Source: Eledone cirrhosa (Eukaryota). Taken from it: a DNA stretch of 64,000 nucleotides. Made by a program: the position numbers and the translations under genes. Location: positions 131,688,001-131,752,000 of the forward strand of contig OZ024741.1 in the NCBI GenBank assembly GCA_964016885.1. Reading direction: 5' to 3'. Positions 1-14,130 of the stretch are shown in pieces. The notes under the pieces are model-generated. The model was not told where the DNA came from, searched no databases, and saw only the letters and a list, made by a program, of their open reading frames with translations. Numbering within the stretch: position 1 is the stretch's first letter; the number at the start of each line of letters is the position of its first letter.

Positions 1-40
1 TGCGGTAGGGGCCAGCATAAAATTAACCCTTAAGGAACAT

Positions 41-1339
41 ATGTTCAAATTTAATGGAAAAACATATGCCAAAGAGGAAGGAGCAGCCATTGGTGTTAGC
101 ATTGCAGGCGACATAGCTAACTTGTTCATGGTATGGTGGGACAGTAGACTTAAACTTAAACTTAAAGAACAATTAGAAGACAGCTTAACCCTGATAATGT
201 ACTCCCGCTACGTAGATGATATAAACATCGTAGTTAAGACACCCCCACTAGAGAACAGTCAGGAACTAGAGAAAAACACAATGGAAAGCATCCAGCAAAT
301 AGCAAACTCCATCCACCAGAGCATTAGAGTTACTATAGACTACCCAAGTAGACACCCCAACCATCGATTACCTGTACTAGACACAGAGCTCTGGTTAGAT
401 ACCATTAACAACCAAAAACAAATCCTCCATTCCCATTATGCCAAACCCATGACTTCCAAACATCTGATCCACCGAAACTCGGCCATTTCGGACCATACCA
501 AAATCAACATACTGATTGCGGATTTGGTACGGGTGATGAGAAATGTGTCCCGCATGTGCAACCCGGAAGAACTAGAGAGACACATACAACACTTCATCCA
601 CCGTATGCAGTTCTCTGGCTACAATCAGAGAGATAGAATCAGAGTGTATAGAGGAGCCAGAACCAAATGGGAAAAAATGGTAAATAAGGACATAAATGGG
701 ACCTGCCCCTTGTATAGGAGCAAATTTTGGAATAGAATAGAAAGAACTAGGAACAAGGCTAATAGAATAAACTCATGGTATGATAGCAATAAATACCAGA
801 GTGTTATGTTCATCGATACAACCCCTAGAGGCGAACTAGCCTACAAATTTAGAAGGGCCCTAAATAAACATAAACTCAATATTAAGATAGTAGAAAGACC
901 AGGTACCTCCGTAAAAACACTTATTAGCAAGACATACCCGTTTCAAAGACCCTCATGTATAGATAAGAAATGTATAACCTGTAAAATAAGCCCCCATATT
1001 AACTGTATAACTAGAAATGTAGTGTATAGCATAAGATGTACTGAAGGACAATGTAGAAACAAAAATATAGTGTACATAGGTGAGACAGCTCGTAGTATAG
1101 GGGAACGGATAAATGAACACTGGCGAGACCTTCAAGATAATAAAGAATCATCTGTACTCTACCAACATGCTAAGATAGAACACAAGGGTAAATTAGAGAA
1201 CATAGAAATAAAAATAGAATCTACACACAGAAAAGATGCAATGTTTAGACAAATTACAGAGGCAATAAACATAAAAGAATTACAACCAAAATTAAATAGA
1301 AAATATGAGTGGAACAGCAACATCACAACTTACAATTAA
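41..1339 (+). CDS. Penelope-like polyprotein, C-terminal part (reverse transcriptase + GIY-YIG endonuclease); frame is open back to base 2, so it is 5'-truncated by the window
   Basis: RT motifs GAAIGVSIAGDIANLFM and YSRYVDDI, LPVLDT; Cys-rich linker CIDKKCITC; NVVYSIRC...VYIGETARSIGERINEH (GIY-YIG); no internal stop over 432 aa. Confidence 0.93.
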   Translation: MFKFNGKTYAKEEGAAIGVSIAGDIANLFMVWWDSRLKLKLKEQLEDSLTLIMYSRYVDDINIVVKTPPLENSQELEKNTMESIQQIANSIHQSIRVTIDYPSRHPNHRLPVLDTELWLDTINNQKQILHSHYAKPMTSKHLIHRNSAISDHTKINILIADLVRVMRNVSRMCNPEELERHIQHFIHRMQFSGYNQRDRIRVYRGARTKWEKMVNKDINGTCPLYRSKFWNRIERTRNKANRINSWYDSNKYQSVMFIDTTPRGELAYKFRRALNKHKLNIKIVERPGTSVKTLISKTYPFQRPSCIDKKCITCKISPHINCITRNVVYSIRCTEGQCRNKNIVYIGETARSIGERINEHWRDLQDNKESSVLYQHAKIEHKGKLENIEIKIESTHRKDAMFRQITEAINIKELQPKLNRKYEWNSNITTYN

Positions 1340-1547
1340 GGACAAAATGAAAACTCACACATAGAACAAACAACCAACCAATAACATGTAAATAAATAAA
1401 TAAATAAACAAATAGATAAATGAACATAAACACACACAGACACCCGGATGTGGCGCATGCGCAAACTGAGCACACAACACACACACAGAAACAAAATGGC
1501 GTAGGACAGAAGAAAGAAAAGGCACAGAAACAAAGAAAGGAATCCCC

Positions 1548-1592
1548 AGTCACTGAAGAGGTCACAGAGTGTGTGACGAAAGGACTATGACT
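1548..1592 (+). ncRNA. Minimal type I hammerhead ribozyme in the Penelope pLTR
   Basis: agtca-CTGAAGA-g-gtcaca(gagtg)tgtgac-GAAA-g(ga)c-TA-tgact: stem I agtca/tgact, 6-bp stem II, 2-bp stem III, CUA cleavage site. Confidence 0.88.
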
Positions 1593-1803
1593 ATATATAA
1601 ACAACTATCTGGTTGTGGAACCAACCAACCAACCAGAAATTTATAAATTTGTAAATTTGTAAATTTATAAATATATAATAAATTGAAGTGAAAGCAACTG
1701 GTGCGTGTGTTTCTTATTGGCAACATGACCCTCCCAAAGTATAACAATATCGGTTTCAACACACGATTTCAGATAAAGAATCTTGCTAAACAAATTCAGA
1801 AAG

Positions 1804-1908
<105 letters not shown>

Positions 1909-2362
1909 TAACCGATCTCTCGGTCTTTTACAAAGTGTTGAAGGGATACATTTAATATGAAGTGGTGTGCTCATGTGTGGAGATGCTACAAAATAGCTTA
2001 TAAATTAGGGTGAAGACTCTTAAAGACTGAAAAAGAAAGTGCCATGTGTGTTTGTGTGTGGGCGCGTGCAAGGGGGTATGCTGCTGTCGAGACATTTGGA
2101 ACAGCGTTCTTCAGCAAACTTTTAAAAAGACCAGCTGAAGAAGGCTGCACACTAATTCCTCGATGAAACCCTTATGAAACCCACAACACGGCATTAAATA
2201 CTGTGGTCCACACTCACACATATTTATGTAGATCATGTTAAAAATTGCATTTTTTACAATACCATAATTCCGACAACTACCTACGCAGCTAACTCGGCCA
2301 CCACGACTAACAACAACAATAACAGCCAATAAAAAAGATTCTATGTAGTCATTGTAAGCACT

Positions 2363-2550
2363 GCATGGCCGAATGATTAAGGTATTCCCTTTGCTGCTCC
2401 TGAGTTCGTTGCCACTGCGTCACATCTTTGGCAAGTGTCAGTTACTGTAGGCACGAGTCACTCCATGTCTTGTGAGTGTAATTGGCTAGATGGATATTGT
2501 TTGTAACCCTGGATTGACTCTACCTGTAATTCAAAGGGCTAATCTTGTCA
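2363..2550 (+). mobile_element. Degenerate tRNA-derived SINE (family B)
   Basis: A/B-box-like head (tggccgaatgattaagg...gagttcg) and tail acctgtaattcaaagggc; similar to minus-strand copies near 4070, 28445, 46800 and 51120. Confidence 0.55.
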
Positions 2551-3164
2551 AGTACAGTATCATTTTAATCCTAACCCTAATAGAAAACTCATCGTCGAAG
2601 CATACAGAAGTCCGTTTTATATAGTCCCTTTATCTAGTAGACATAATAGGCAAATCTTCCCGAAATTTTTAAGGCACATTAGCTTATGTTCTGTTACGTG
2701 CAATATTTGTAAAAGACATGATGGTGATACTCGGAAAATCTTTTGCTTATAAATCTGCTGGATCATTATTGAGTTAGAGCAAAATAACAACAGATCATGA
2801 AATGAAATGTTTTGCTAAAGAACACAACACACAACCCAGTCTAGTAATTGAACCCACGATATTATGATCTTTAGTTCAACACACTTAACACCAGGCGACG
2901 CACCTCCACCCCTCCTACTTCTACTAATGTTGCTGCTGTTACTACTACTACTGCTGCTACGAGCTATTTTCCGGTGTAGGTAACAAAGACACACTGACAA
3001 GTGTGCGCAACAGACAATCAACTTGTAGCATATTTCATTGATAAAATCCCACACATAAATGAGACAAAACGACTGACTGTTATATACAGGAGACATAGGA
3101 GGAGGAGAGGGGGAGGATTGTTTATTACTTTACATAGCTAAATAAATGTATGTATGTGTGTCTG

Positions 3165-3940
3165 TTGGCAGTACCGGTAGAGGGTCGGATGCCATGCTTT
3201 GACGCATAGAGTTACGGCCCTTGCCATTCTGAGTTCAAATCCCGTCGAGGTTAACTTTGCCTTTCATCCTTACGGGGTCGATAAAATAAAGTACCAGTAA
3301 TGCACTGGGTGATTGCTGGCCTTGTGCCAAAAGAAGAATCAATTATTATTTTGTGGGAGGATTGGCAGTATCGGTTGAGGGTCGGACGCCATGCTTTGAC
3401 GCAAAGAGTTACGTCCCTTTACGATATGAGTTCAAATCCCGCCGAGGTTAACTTTGCCTTTCATCCTTACGGGGTCGATAAAATAAAGTACCAGTAATGT
3501 ACTGGGTAATTGCTGGCCTTGTGCCAAAAAGTAGAAACAATTATTATGATACAGTGAATGATGTCAGAGAGAACACACAATGTTGACCGGTAAACATATG
3601 GTGGATTAATATAAAGAATGATATGCTCATGCGCGGAGATGCTATAAAATAATATATAAAATAGTGTGAAGACCATTAAAAGACATAAAAAGAAGTTGCC
3701 ATTTGCCACTATAAGGAATTTTAAGGGTCTTCACACATTGCACATCATTCTTTATATTATGCTTTGCGGCATACAGTTACGGTCTTTTTCTTTCTGAGTT
3801 CAAATCCCACCGAGGATAGATTTGCCTATCATCCTTATGGGGTCGATAAATAAAGTACCTGTAACGTACTGGGGTCGATTTAATCGACATTCCTCTCCCC
3901 CCAAATTGCTTGCCTTTTGCCTAAATCAGAAACCATTATT
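3165..3940 (+). mobile_element. Three copies of a tRNA-derived SINE (family A; Nin/Deu-like central domain)
   Basis: Repeated ttggcagtatcggtagag...gagttcaaatcccgccgagg (B box)...gcctttcatccttacggggtcgataaaataaagtaccag...ggccttgtgccaaaa at ~3165, ~3355 and ~3765. Confidence 0.85.
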
Positions 3941-4069
3941 AGACTAGAGCATTTGAGGAATTCTATGTATAATGCTTTTGATAATTTTGCTTAGCCCCAG
4001 ATCAGCAGCTGTGATTGGGCAGTTCTATGATAAAAGAGGAAGTGTACGAAATTCAGACCATGAACTTCC

Positions 4070-4270
4070 GTCGGTTTCGATGACGAGTTGTCCGATTTAC
4101 GGAACAGCCTGCTCATGAAATTGATGCGCAAACAGCTGAGCATTCCCCTGACACAGTGTCACAGTGCCTTGTAAATTACATGTAGAGTCCATCCGACGGG
4201 TTTCCGAAACTTTCCGTCAACTCAATTCCATTTACAAAATACGAAGAACTGTGGCTTCTATATCGAGTTG
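4070..4270 (-). mobile_element. SINE family B fragment
   Basis: cggtttcga...gaacagcctgctcatgaaatt shared with 28445-28610, 46800-47100 and 51120-51425. Confidence 0.55.
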
Positions 4271-4714
4271 ATTTAACAATCACAGTGAATTACTTGATAT
4301 GAATGTGTGTATTCCGGTAAAATACATACTCTCCCAATCTTCATAATTGGTAGCATGCATGGATGGGTTGGTGAATGGACGGAATAACGAGTGGATGAGT
4401 AGATAGATAAAAGGTTAAATTAATGCATAGATGAATAGCCGTATAGATGAGTTGATATATAAAGAGATAGGTGTTGATATATAGAGAGACAGGTAGATAG
4501 ATATGGGGTGGAAAGATAGATGATTGGGAGGGATGCATAAATATATGTAGAAATAGGCGGATAGATAGAGGGTTAATTAGATTGTGCAAAGAATAGAACA
4601 GGTGGGTGAATAAATGGATGAATTGATGGCTAGATGTGTTGGTGGATTGATGGATGACAGCATAGCTGGCTAGACAGGTAGTCGGATGTTTAACAAAGAG
4701 GCAAGACCTTTGTT

Positions 4715-5162
4715 AATGGTTTCTAAATACGGCACAAGTGCAGCAATTTCTGTTGGTAGGGAAAATCCATCATATTGACACCAGTACTTGTCTGGTACTT
4801 TATTTTATTTATCTCTGATAGATGAAAGGTAAAGTTAACCTCGGTGGGGTTTCAACACAGAATGTGAAGTGTCAATAGAAGTACCACAAATCACTTGGTC
4901 CAATGCCAGAACTCTACTGCCAATCCACCACCCTCCCCCAAACATAGCACTAGATGGGGATAAGCAATGTATAATTGTTTCTACTTTTGGCACAAGGCCA
5001 GCAATTATCCCAGTGTATTACTGGTGCTTTATTTTATCGACCCCGTAAGGATGAAAGGCAAAGTTAACCTCGGCGGGATTTGAACTCAGTCCGTAAAGGG
5101 ACGTAACTGTGCTGCAAAGCATGGCGTCCGACCCTCTACCGATACTGCCAATCCACCGCCCT
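4715..5162 (-). mobile_element. Two SINE family A copies
   Basis: Reverse complement of the 3165-3940 unit (tttattttatcgaccccgtaaggatgaaaggcaaagttaacctcggcgggatttgaactcag). Confidence 0.85.
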
Positions 5163-7387
5163 TATAAGCAATGTATAATAATATACGATATGATATTATA
5201 AGATATGCAAACAGGGCAATATTGTATAGTTGCATCTACAAGTGCATGTGATTGCAATCTACACAACAGCACATATAATCCTACTACATCCGCATAGGCT
5301 GATTTCATGCAAAGAATTTACCATATACAACCTGCGTACATGTACACGTGTTTATACATGCATGTGTGTATGTGTCTTCGTGTATATGTGCATATATATC
5401 GTATGTCAATGCGCTGCTAAAATATTCAAATGAGACTTTTGTTTGTGTATGTAAGCATGTATGTGTGCATGTACGTGTGTATGAGTGCAGTGTGAATTTC
5501 TGGTTGTGAATGTGGTTGATAGTTAAATTGCCGGCGAGCAAGTTTGTTTGTATATATATGTATATGTACGTACATGTGTTCACCTATGTACATGTGTGTA
5601 TCTCTGTACATGAATGTGAGTGTGTGTCATACGGGTGCACGTGTGTGTGTGTGTGAGTGCGTGTGTACATGTGTGTGCGTACGTACATACGTGCACATAT
5701 GTGAGTGTGTGTGTGTGTAGGTTAAGTGTGTATGTATGGTGTACGTGTGTGTACGTGTGTGTACGTGTGTGTGTGTGTGTATGAAAACTGTAGTTCTTCA
5801 GGTTTGTAAATCTTGAATTATTTATACAAACGCCGTGCACACTTGTTAAATGTGGTATGCATAACAATAGTTTCAATTCTATATTTGCTTTTTACAATCA
5901 GGATTCACCACATTACTACACTCATACACATACAATCACATTCAGACGAACTCACACATATTATATCCATGGATGTATTTATACTATGTCCTGCATTTTT
6001 TCACAATTCAAAACAAATATATATGGATCAGTTTCTCGTCATATATATATATATATATATATTATGTTTCTCTCACCTTCTTTCGCCCCCTCTGTCAGTT
6101 ACACTTTCTCTCGACTGGCCACTTCCACTCACTCACTCTCTGTTTCTCCCCTTCTCACTTCCTCCCGTTTGGCCTGTGTGGGTTCTCTTCTTGCTCACAT
6201 CTCACTCACGGCGGATGGTCTGTAATACGCTCGCTCATGAAATCCACTCAGCTTAAGCTGACCGGATAACCATGTTGCTTGTTTTTTCCTATCTTTGCGT
6301 TGCTTTCAATCCTTCTATGTTTGTTTACTTGTCTCGCCCGCTTTACGCGATTTACTTGTCCCAATAGCTTTATTTAGCTATTGCTCGCACCAACTGGAGG
6401 TATATGATTTTTAAAGCGATGAAATACCAATGAAGGTTGGAAAATCACTGACGAAGGACTATTTTTATCATATGTAACCCATGTGCAACCACGCAGTATT
6501 CTTTCTTCTCATGTTTTATATATATATATATATATATATGCACATATACACGAGCACACACACATATATATATATATGCACATGTAAGTTATTTGTTTAT
6601 AGCTTTAGAGAGTATAATATACTGACATCTACCAATATATTGGCTGTTGCACTAACTCAACTTTAAGCATAACAGGAGTGTATACAAAAGCCTATATTAC
6701 AAGTTTATATATAATAAACATATGAGAGCCTCGCTCACAAAAAAAACGTAATGTTTTTCCTTACGAAAAAACAACATTTTTTCTCTCTTTTGCTCTGTTA
6801 ACATGTCACAGAGATCACAGTAGCCGTTAGGGCTTTCATATGTTTATGTTACATAAACATAGAGTATATGCTTTGAGATGCACCTGTATTATGCTTAATG
6901 CTCTCTTAGTGATACTGCCAATTAATTAAGCATCTCAAGCATGTGTTCATCAAGTAAATTCTATATAGGCTCTAGGCTCTCATCACAGTACTGGTTCAGT
7001 GAATGTCGCTGATAAAAGATTAACAAATCTTGAAGCAGCTGTCTGACATTCTTAACTGCTACTGCGGTATCTGAGACATGGAACAAAAGACAGAAAATAT
7101 CTTTTTTCATAAAGAGAAACTATTTTTTTCTTTAATAGTGAATTTCTCGTGTATTTATTGTATATATATAAAAGAAAGAAAAATAATCTTTTCGTAACGA
7201 AAAATATATCTTCTCTTTGATAGAGGTGTATATGAAAGAATAAACTGTCTACTAATAAACACTCTTTATTAGATTTATTGATATATTAATATCTAATTAC
7301 ACAATAACGCGTAATTAAAGTAGCTTCAAAAGCCAGCTATGTCATGTATCAATCTCTCTATTACCGCCATCTCGCTCTCTCTCTCTT

Positions 7388-7521
<134 letters not shown>

Positions 7522-7796
7522 TGTGTATGCCCAAACACGCACACGCACAAACACAAATACAAATACATCCACATAAAATCAGACGCACATATAGATAAGA
7601 ACCGCCGGTGTATATGTGTATATATTAGATTGTTATGTATTTGCATTTCAATAAAAAAAAAATGCAAGACTTAGACACCTAGGGACATGTGTAACTAAAA
7701 CCATTAATTACATTAACTTCAGCATAAACAAATCTACAACAAACCTAACCTCTCCATCTACTACTGATGTAAACTCTCTCCATAAACCTACATTCG

Positions 7797-7825
7797 AACC
7801 CTAACCCTAACCCTAACCCTAACCC
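7797..7825 (+). repeat. Short interstitial telomere-like (CCCTAA)n tract
   Basis: aaccctaaccctaaccctaaccctaaccc, about 4-5 units. Confidence 0.7.
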
Positions 7826-8071
7826 ATATAAAAATTAAAGATAAAGTACGTCCTTCCTAATCGTACATAAGTACATATATATTTTGATTCAACATCACAG
7901 AAGGAAAGATTTGGTTTCATTATACAACACAAAAAAAAGTCAACAAATAAAGAATTTTTTCCATATAGCATTATTGGGCGACACTTGAAATGTTTTAAAG
8001 GGGAATTATTTTAGGAAGAGATGTGGTATAAGTTTATAACCGAGTGCGATTTATTCCACTAAAGAATCAAA

Positions 8072-8770
8072 CAATTCTTCATCGATGGCTATGGTGGCGT
8101 ATGCAAGGCATCTTTTACAAACCTCCTGCTTGTAAATGGTTTTTCATAACAGCATATTGTGCTTGCAATGTCACCAAGTACCATTTCAACAAAGTTTCTG
8201 GATAGAGTGAAAATGGTGTATTCCGCGTTTAAGCTGCGATTTACACTAAGGCTAGACTCCTACAAAGTTGCTAATTGATGGTGAAGTCATCATGAGTCAC
8301 AATTGAGCAGTTGAGACCTTAGATCAGAAAATGAGGATTTGAAAAACAGTGCACAGTTATCGGAACAAGTTAGCATCATCTTAGCTGATGATTTCAAATA
8401 TACTTTACTTGTAACTTTGCAAGGGAACCGGAAATGATTAGATCAATGATTATGGGAAACCATCTTAGTTCTGACCTCATATTCAGCACCTGAACCATAT
8501 CACCAATATGTAAGTGTTCCTAAATGGTGGTGATGTTCGTGGATTTGCCGTCCACCCACTCGAGATGGAAAATGGAAATGGATTCCAATATTCATTTGGC
8601 AAAACCATTCCAACAGAACAGGACGTGATTGCTAAGTTCTTTCTAAGTATTTATATCCGACTTATATTAACATTGTGATACTAGATATCTGTGCTAACCA
8701 GCAGCCTGTAATAGAAATCAATAAAAGTCTACGTAAGATGATACACAGAAAGAAAATTGTCCTTGAAATG
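8072..8770 (+). pseudogene. Degenerate Helitron PIF1-like helicase fragment
   Basis: Manual translation gives QFFIDGYGGVCK (Walker A-like), HIVLAMS...YSAFKL, LIDGEVIMSH...AVETLD and IILADDFK, co-linear with Helitron helicase motifs; stops and frameshifts present. Confidence 0.75.
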
Positions 8771-9075
8771 ATGAAGTAATCACGATTGGAATAGCTTTGA
8801 CCTGGGCTCACACAACAACGATAACAGCCCGCATGTGTCAATAGAGAGTGTTACTCTAGACGAAAGATCCGTGAAATGATAACGGGTTTTCTTTGCAATC
8901 TTTTTCTTTTCTTTTCTTTTCTTTTATCTTCCTGTTAAACAATATCACTAAACAGTTGTTACACAACATCGCCGTTATTGTAAATGAGACTCTGTAATTA
9001 TTGTATGTATATGTGACAACTTACTCTCCTGTCTGTTTCTCTGTCTATCTTTTCATCTGCCAGTCTCCCCCTCTC

Positions 9076-9113
<38 letters not shown>

Positions 9114-9501
9114 GCTCTCTCTCTATTTCACTCTCTCCCATTCCCCCACACAAACAGCAGCAATGCACATAAAGAGAACAGAACAGGTTTGAATTATAAC
9201 AACTATGTTGAAAGCAATTTTATGTGAATGTTGGCTGTTTGTCATCAAACAGCCAACGATTCTTTAATTTGTACATTTAAATCTGGTCACAGCAGAGTAA
9301 TGTGCACACTACTGTTTTATAATGCAACACAGTGTGTATCGTAATTCTAAAGCAGCGCTAGTAATGTTTTTATTGATGATGAGGCTTCTCTTTTTCTCAC
9401 TGAACCTATGCCTCGCTCTCTTTTAATTTATCTATCATTCTTCCGTCCTCTTCCCTCTCGCTGTCTCTCTTTACTCTGTGTGTGTATATATATATATGTG
9501 T

Positions 9502-9551
<50 letters not shown>

Positions 9552-9741
9552 TTATATATATATATATATATATTTTTTTTAAAGTAAACAGAGAACAAAA
9601 AACAGAAAAACGAAGAGGCAGTGCAAATGTTATTATTAGTTTCACAGATAGATAGATATGTAAATATATATGTATATATATTATTATTATTGTTGTTATT
9701 ATTATTATTTTCATCACTATATGGGGATAGCCGCTCAGGGA

Positions 9742-11492
9742 TGTGCAAATCACATTTAATAGGTCCGCTGTAATGCAGATAAAAATAAAGCACTCAATGA
9801 CGTATAAATGGTACAAGCTGGAGCATTATAGACTATCAAATAGATGGAAGTCCATATGCAGTTGTATTCAGGTTTATTTTTATCTACATGGTACATATTC
9901 CGCTGGGGCTGATGGCTAGGTAGTTTTCCTCCAATTAATTTCCCCAGCCTGAGCTTGTCAGATGGCAAAAAAGTATTTAAATAATTTGATACAACTTAAT
10001 GTTTTTTTAATTCTTCCGACATATTCAAAAACTTTCCTCGAAAAGGAACCGGGGATATGTGTTGATATACCAGCCGGCCCCTGTAAGAGTCCTAGCGCTA
10101 GGGTGAAAGTGTGGGCCTGCCCCCGTGTCACGTCACTTCCGCTGGATGTCGAAAATAGTAAGTAATCTTAATAGGAACTAATTCTGCAAGTAGCCCGCCT
10201 CCCAACACCACCCTGTCTGGCAGTGTTTGTTAATGTAGTATTGACAGATATTTCCCCCCACCCCAATGGTCAACTTCGAAAGCTACACTACAACACCTTT
10301 AAGGTTATGTGGTAGACTTGGGGATAACTGTGAAAGAGTTGCTAGATTATTATAACTAAAAACAAGAATAAACATAAAATAAACTAAATTGAATGGATAT
10401 ACTAAAAATAGATAACGCTATAGCTTAACAAGAAAATATATTATGTAAAGTAGTCAAGAGTTAAAGTTTAACACTTTATAAAGTGCTCTAATGTATCAGA
10501 GCACTTCTCCATCGCTAGGTCCACGCTTAACTATAGCTCAATGGAGTTCATCCACATGTCCAAATCCCCAGCCAAGGAAATTCCCGCACTCGATGAGAGG
10601 AGCGCCAGAGTGGAATCTTTCGATATAAAAGTAATATTCGGGTGAGGTGTTGACAGTAGGAATGTCCTCTACGGCTTGTAGTTGACAGCAGCGAAACCGA
10701 TCGAGATCTCTGGGCCAACATTTCTACTGATAAGAAGCTATTATTGACTGCTGTAAATAATTAAAAAGTGTGGGCTGACCCAGATTAACGTAAAGTAAAT
10801 ATAAGAATGTGACTTAAAGATAAATCAAAGATAATTTGAATTAAAGGACAGTCAGAAACGTACAATATATTAAGTGAAACAATATATTAAGTGAAACATG
10901 GTATAAACTATAAAACTATATGGGGTAAAAATAGAAACCACGTAGAGATTCCGCACAAGGGTAACTAAACATAGATAGAAATGTGTCTAAATGTATACAG
11001 AAGATGAATTGGGAAAATATAGAGATGGTGAGGTAAAGATGAGGATAGAGAGACATCCGCTGATTTGCCAGTTTGTGTGCAACATGGGAGAGGATTCTTT
11101 CCAAGTGTTCCCATTCCTAGGGATAGTCGCGGGTTAAATTCTGTAAAATGTTATCCTTGGTCAGGGGATGATGTTGCTTTCCTTGCTCCACCAGTCTAAG
11201 CGGATACGTTCAGTACTCAGACAAGATTTGGTAGTCATATTGAAGTCGACATTTAAGTCCAGTCAGTTACTTCGTGCCGTGTGATTCGGGCAAAACAGAT
11301 GAAACCATCGCTTATTTATTGCGTCAGCATTTAATTATTATAATATGCGGCTAACCGACCATGGATGTGCAAATTATGATATGCGGCTAACCGACCATGG
11401 ATGTGCAAACCACATTTTAGTCGGTCAGCTGTGATGCAGATAAAATGAAGCGCTCAACGGCATGTATAAGTGATACAAGCTGGAGCATTATA
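9742..11492 (-). mobile_element. Probable DIRS/Ngaro-type (tyrosine recombinase) retrotransposon relic flanked by ~90-bp direct repeats
   Basis: Direct repeats tgtgcaaa.cacattt...tacaagctggagcattatag at 9742-9831 and 11402-11492; minus-strand remnants RWRS..YIR (~10490-10520; recombinase C-terminus-like) and ERILSHVAH...LDTFLSM (10916-11104; RT-like). Confidence 0.45.
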
Positions 11493-12601
11493 GGAAATAC
11501 TTCTGTATGTGTCTAGTATGAAGGTATGTATGTATCTGTGTGTATGTGTGTGTTTGTATGTGTGAAGATGTATGAATGTACATGTATGTGTGTTTGTATG
11601 CATGCCTGTATACCTGTTTGTCTATATATATATAGAGAGAGGGAGAGACAGAAATGTATGCTGGTATGTATGCATGTATATGCATATGCATGCATGTATG
11701 TAACTATGAATCTGTATATTCATGAATGCGTCCAACTGTCTCATTTTCTTAATTCTTGGATAATCTCATGCGCATGAAAACATTTCGTTAATTAAAAAAA
11801 TAAACAAACATATATAAACATTAAAAATCCACAAAAAGTAAAAGAAAATAAATCAATAACGAAGAACTGAAAATGGGAGAAGGGGGTGTCTTTTTGAAAG
11901 GCAGGGGTGCTGTTTTTTCTCACCAGAAAATCTTAAAAGCAGGTCAAATACCTAACCTAGTTTACCTCGACAATGCAAGTTAATTTTATTCATTTATATT
12001 TTACTTAAACTTTATTTTAAATGCTCGGAGCTATTGTTGATGGTGTTTTTTGTCATTGTTGGTGTAGTTACTGAAAAACATACAAATATAGTTATATATC
12101 GTTTCAATTCCGTGTCAAAAACACTGAACAAAATAAAGATAACAAACATAATGTTGTATATCAAGTGAAACATTAGCCATTTTCAAACATTCTCTCTAGT
12201 TCAGAGTAAAATCTTCCGTCGTGAAATCGCTGTTATTGTTTTAGTTGTTCTTGTTGCATAGCACCTGGATCGAGTGATTTATGTACTAAACACTACCATT
12301 GAATTAATTGTGCAGTAATGTCTAGAGAATGCTGGGAAAATGTGTGTGTGTGTATGTGTGTGTGTATGTGTGTATGTATATGTGCGTGATATCTATATAC
12401 GAGGATCTCTGTATGCTTTGTGTGTGAAGTTTGAAAAGAGTGTGTGAGAGCACAGATATTTGTAGTATTGCATGTTTGTATGTTTCACAGAGGTGTGTGA
12501 AGTTTGAAAAGAGTGTGTAAGAGGGCAGATCCTGTATTTGAGTGATTCCAGTTTCTGGGTGTGTGATTCTTGCACACTGCGGAAGCGTTTTAGTTTAGGA
12601 G

Positions 12602-12632
<31 letters not shown>

Positions 12633-12698
12633 ATGTGTGTGTGTGTGAGTCCCGGGTAACCGCAGTAAGTAGGGTACTCAATATATTAGTAGAGTGTG

Positions 12699-12980
<282 letters not shown>

Positions 12981-13841
12981 GTTAGCCAACAATTTGTGTT
13001 GTTTCTTAAGTTAGTGTTGAGTGCACATCGGGGAATGCAGTCGAAACTTTACTAATGTCAATGATAGTGAGAATGACAGGCGAAGGAAGTTCTCCTTTCT
13101 TTCTTTCGTTCATTTTTCTATCTATCTATCTATCCTTATTTTGTATATTTGTTTGTTGTTTCATTCTTCATACTTTCTTCAGTTGATTCATTCTTTTTTT
13201 CTGTATGACAGTCTGTATTCTACCACACTCTCTTTACTTCCTTCTACGTCTCCACTATTCTCTCCACATTTACCTACCCCTTTTCCACCTCTATACTACA
13301 TTACTAACCCCATCCACACCCTCTTTACCTCTCTCCGCCTCCATTCCACATGTTAAAATGTTTACCATAAACTTGATAATGGAGAAGTTTTTTTGAAAAA
13401 TTCATTTTAACAAAAGCAGTAACAGCATTAACAGCCGCAACAGGAGCAGTAGTAGCAACATCCATCATCTCCCTTAACATCTCCCACAACCACCTACCTG
13501 CTTCCATTAACTCCAACCCACAGTCATCACCACCACCAACACCACCACCACAAACACACCCCCACATACACACCATCGTCACCATCAACAACCCCCTCAA
13601 CCCCCACCAGCACCACCACCACCACCGCCACCACCCCAAACACCCCACACCCAACACCACCACCACCATCAACAATCCCCTCAACCCCCCACCAGTACCA
13701 CCGCCACCACCACCACCAAGTAACAACAATAACAACACAAATGTGAAATAAATTCGACAACAACAATAACTAACGCAGATGTAACAAGAACAACTGAAAG
13801 AACGATTGCAACAAACGTGCATACACTACAAACACACACAT

Positions 13842-13900
<59 letters not shown>

Positions 13901-13917
13901 AAATACAAATATACGTC

Positions 13918-14130
13918 GTTTCTGACTTAGGCACAAGGCCAACAATTGTGGGTGGGTGGAATGTCGGTTAAATTGACCCAGTGCGTTGCATGTACTTTAT
14001 TTTGTCGACCCCGTAAGAATGAAAGGCAAAGCTAATCTCGGCATGATTTTAACCCAGAATATAAAGGGACGTAACTAAATGTCGTGAAGCATATTGTCCG
14101 ACGTTCTACTGATATCAATAATCCACCTCC
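13918..14130 (-). mobile_element. SINE family A copy
   Basis: ggcacaaggcc...tcgaccccgtaagaatgaaaggcaaag...aatccacctccc. Confidence 0.8.

Noticed and set aside
6440-6470. CTGACGAaggacta hammerhead start (similar remnant at ~17000-17035)
   Set aside because: Stem II closure and GAAA are missing or decayed; likely dead relatives of the 63950 motif, not callable as ribozymes
9232-9259. Perfect 12-bp hairpin gttggctgtttg(tcat)caaacagccaac as a miRNA or terminator
   Set aside because: Too short for a pre-miRNA and no supporting context
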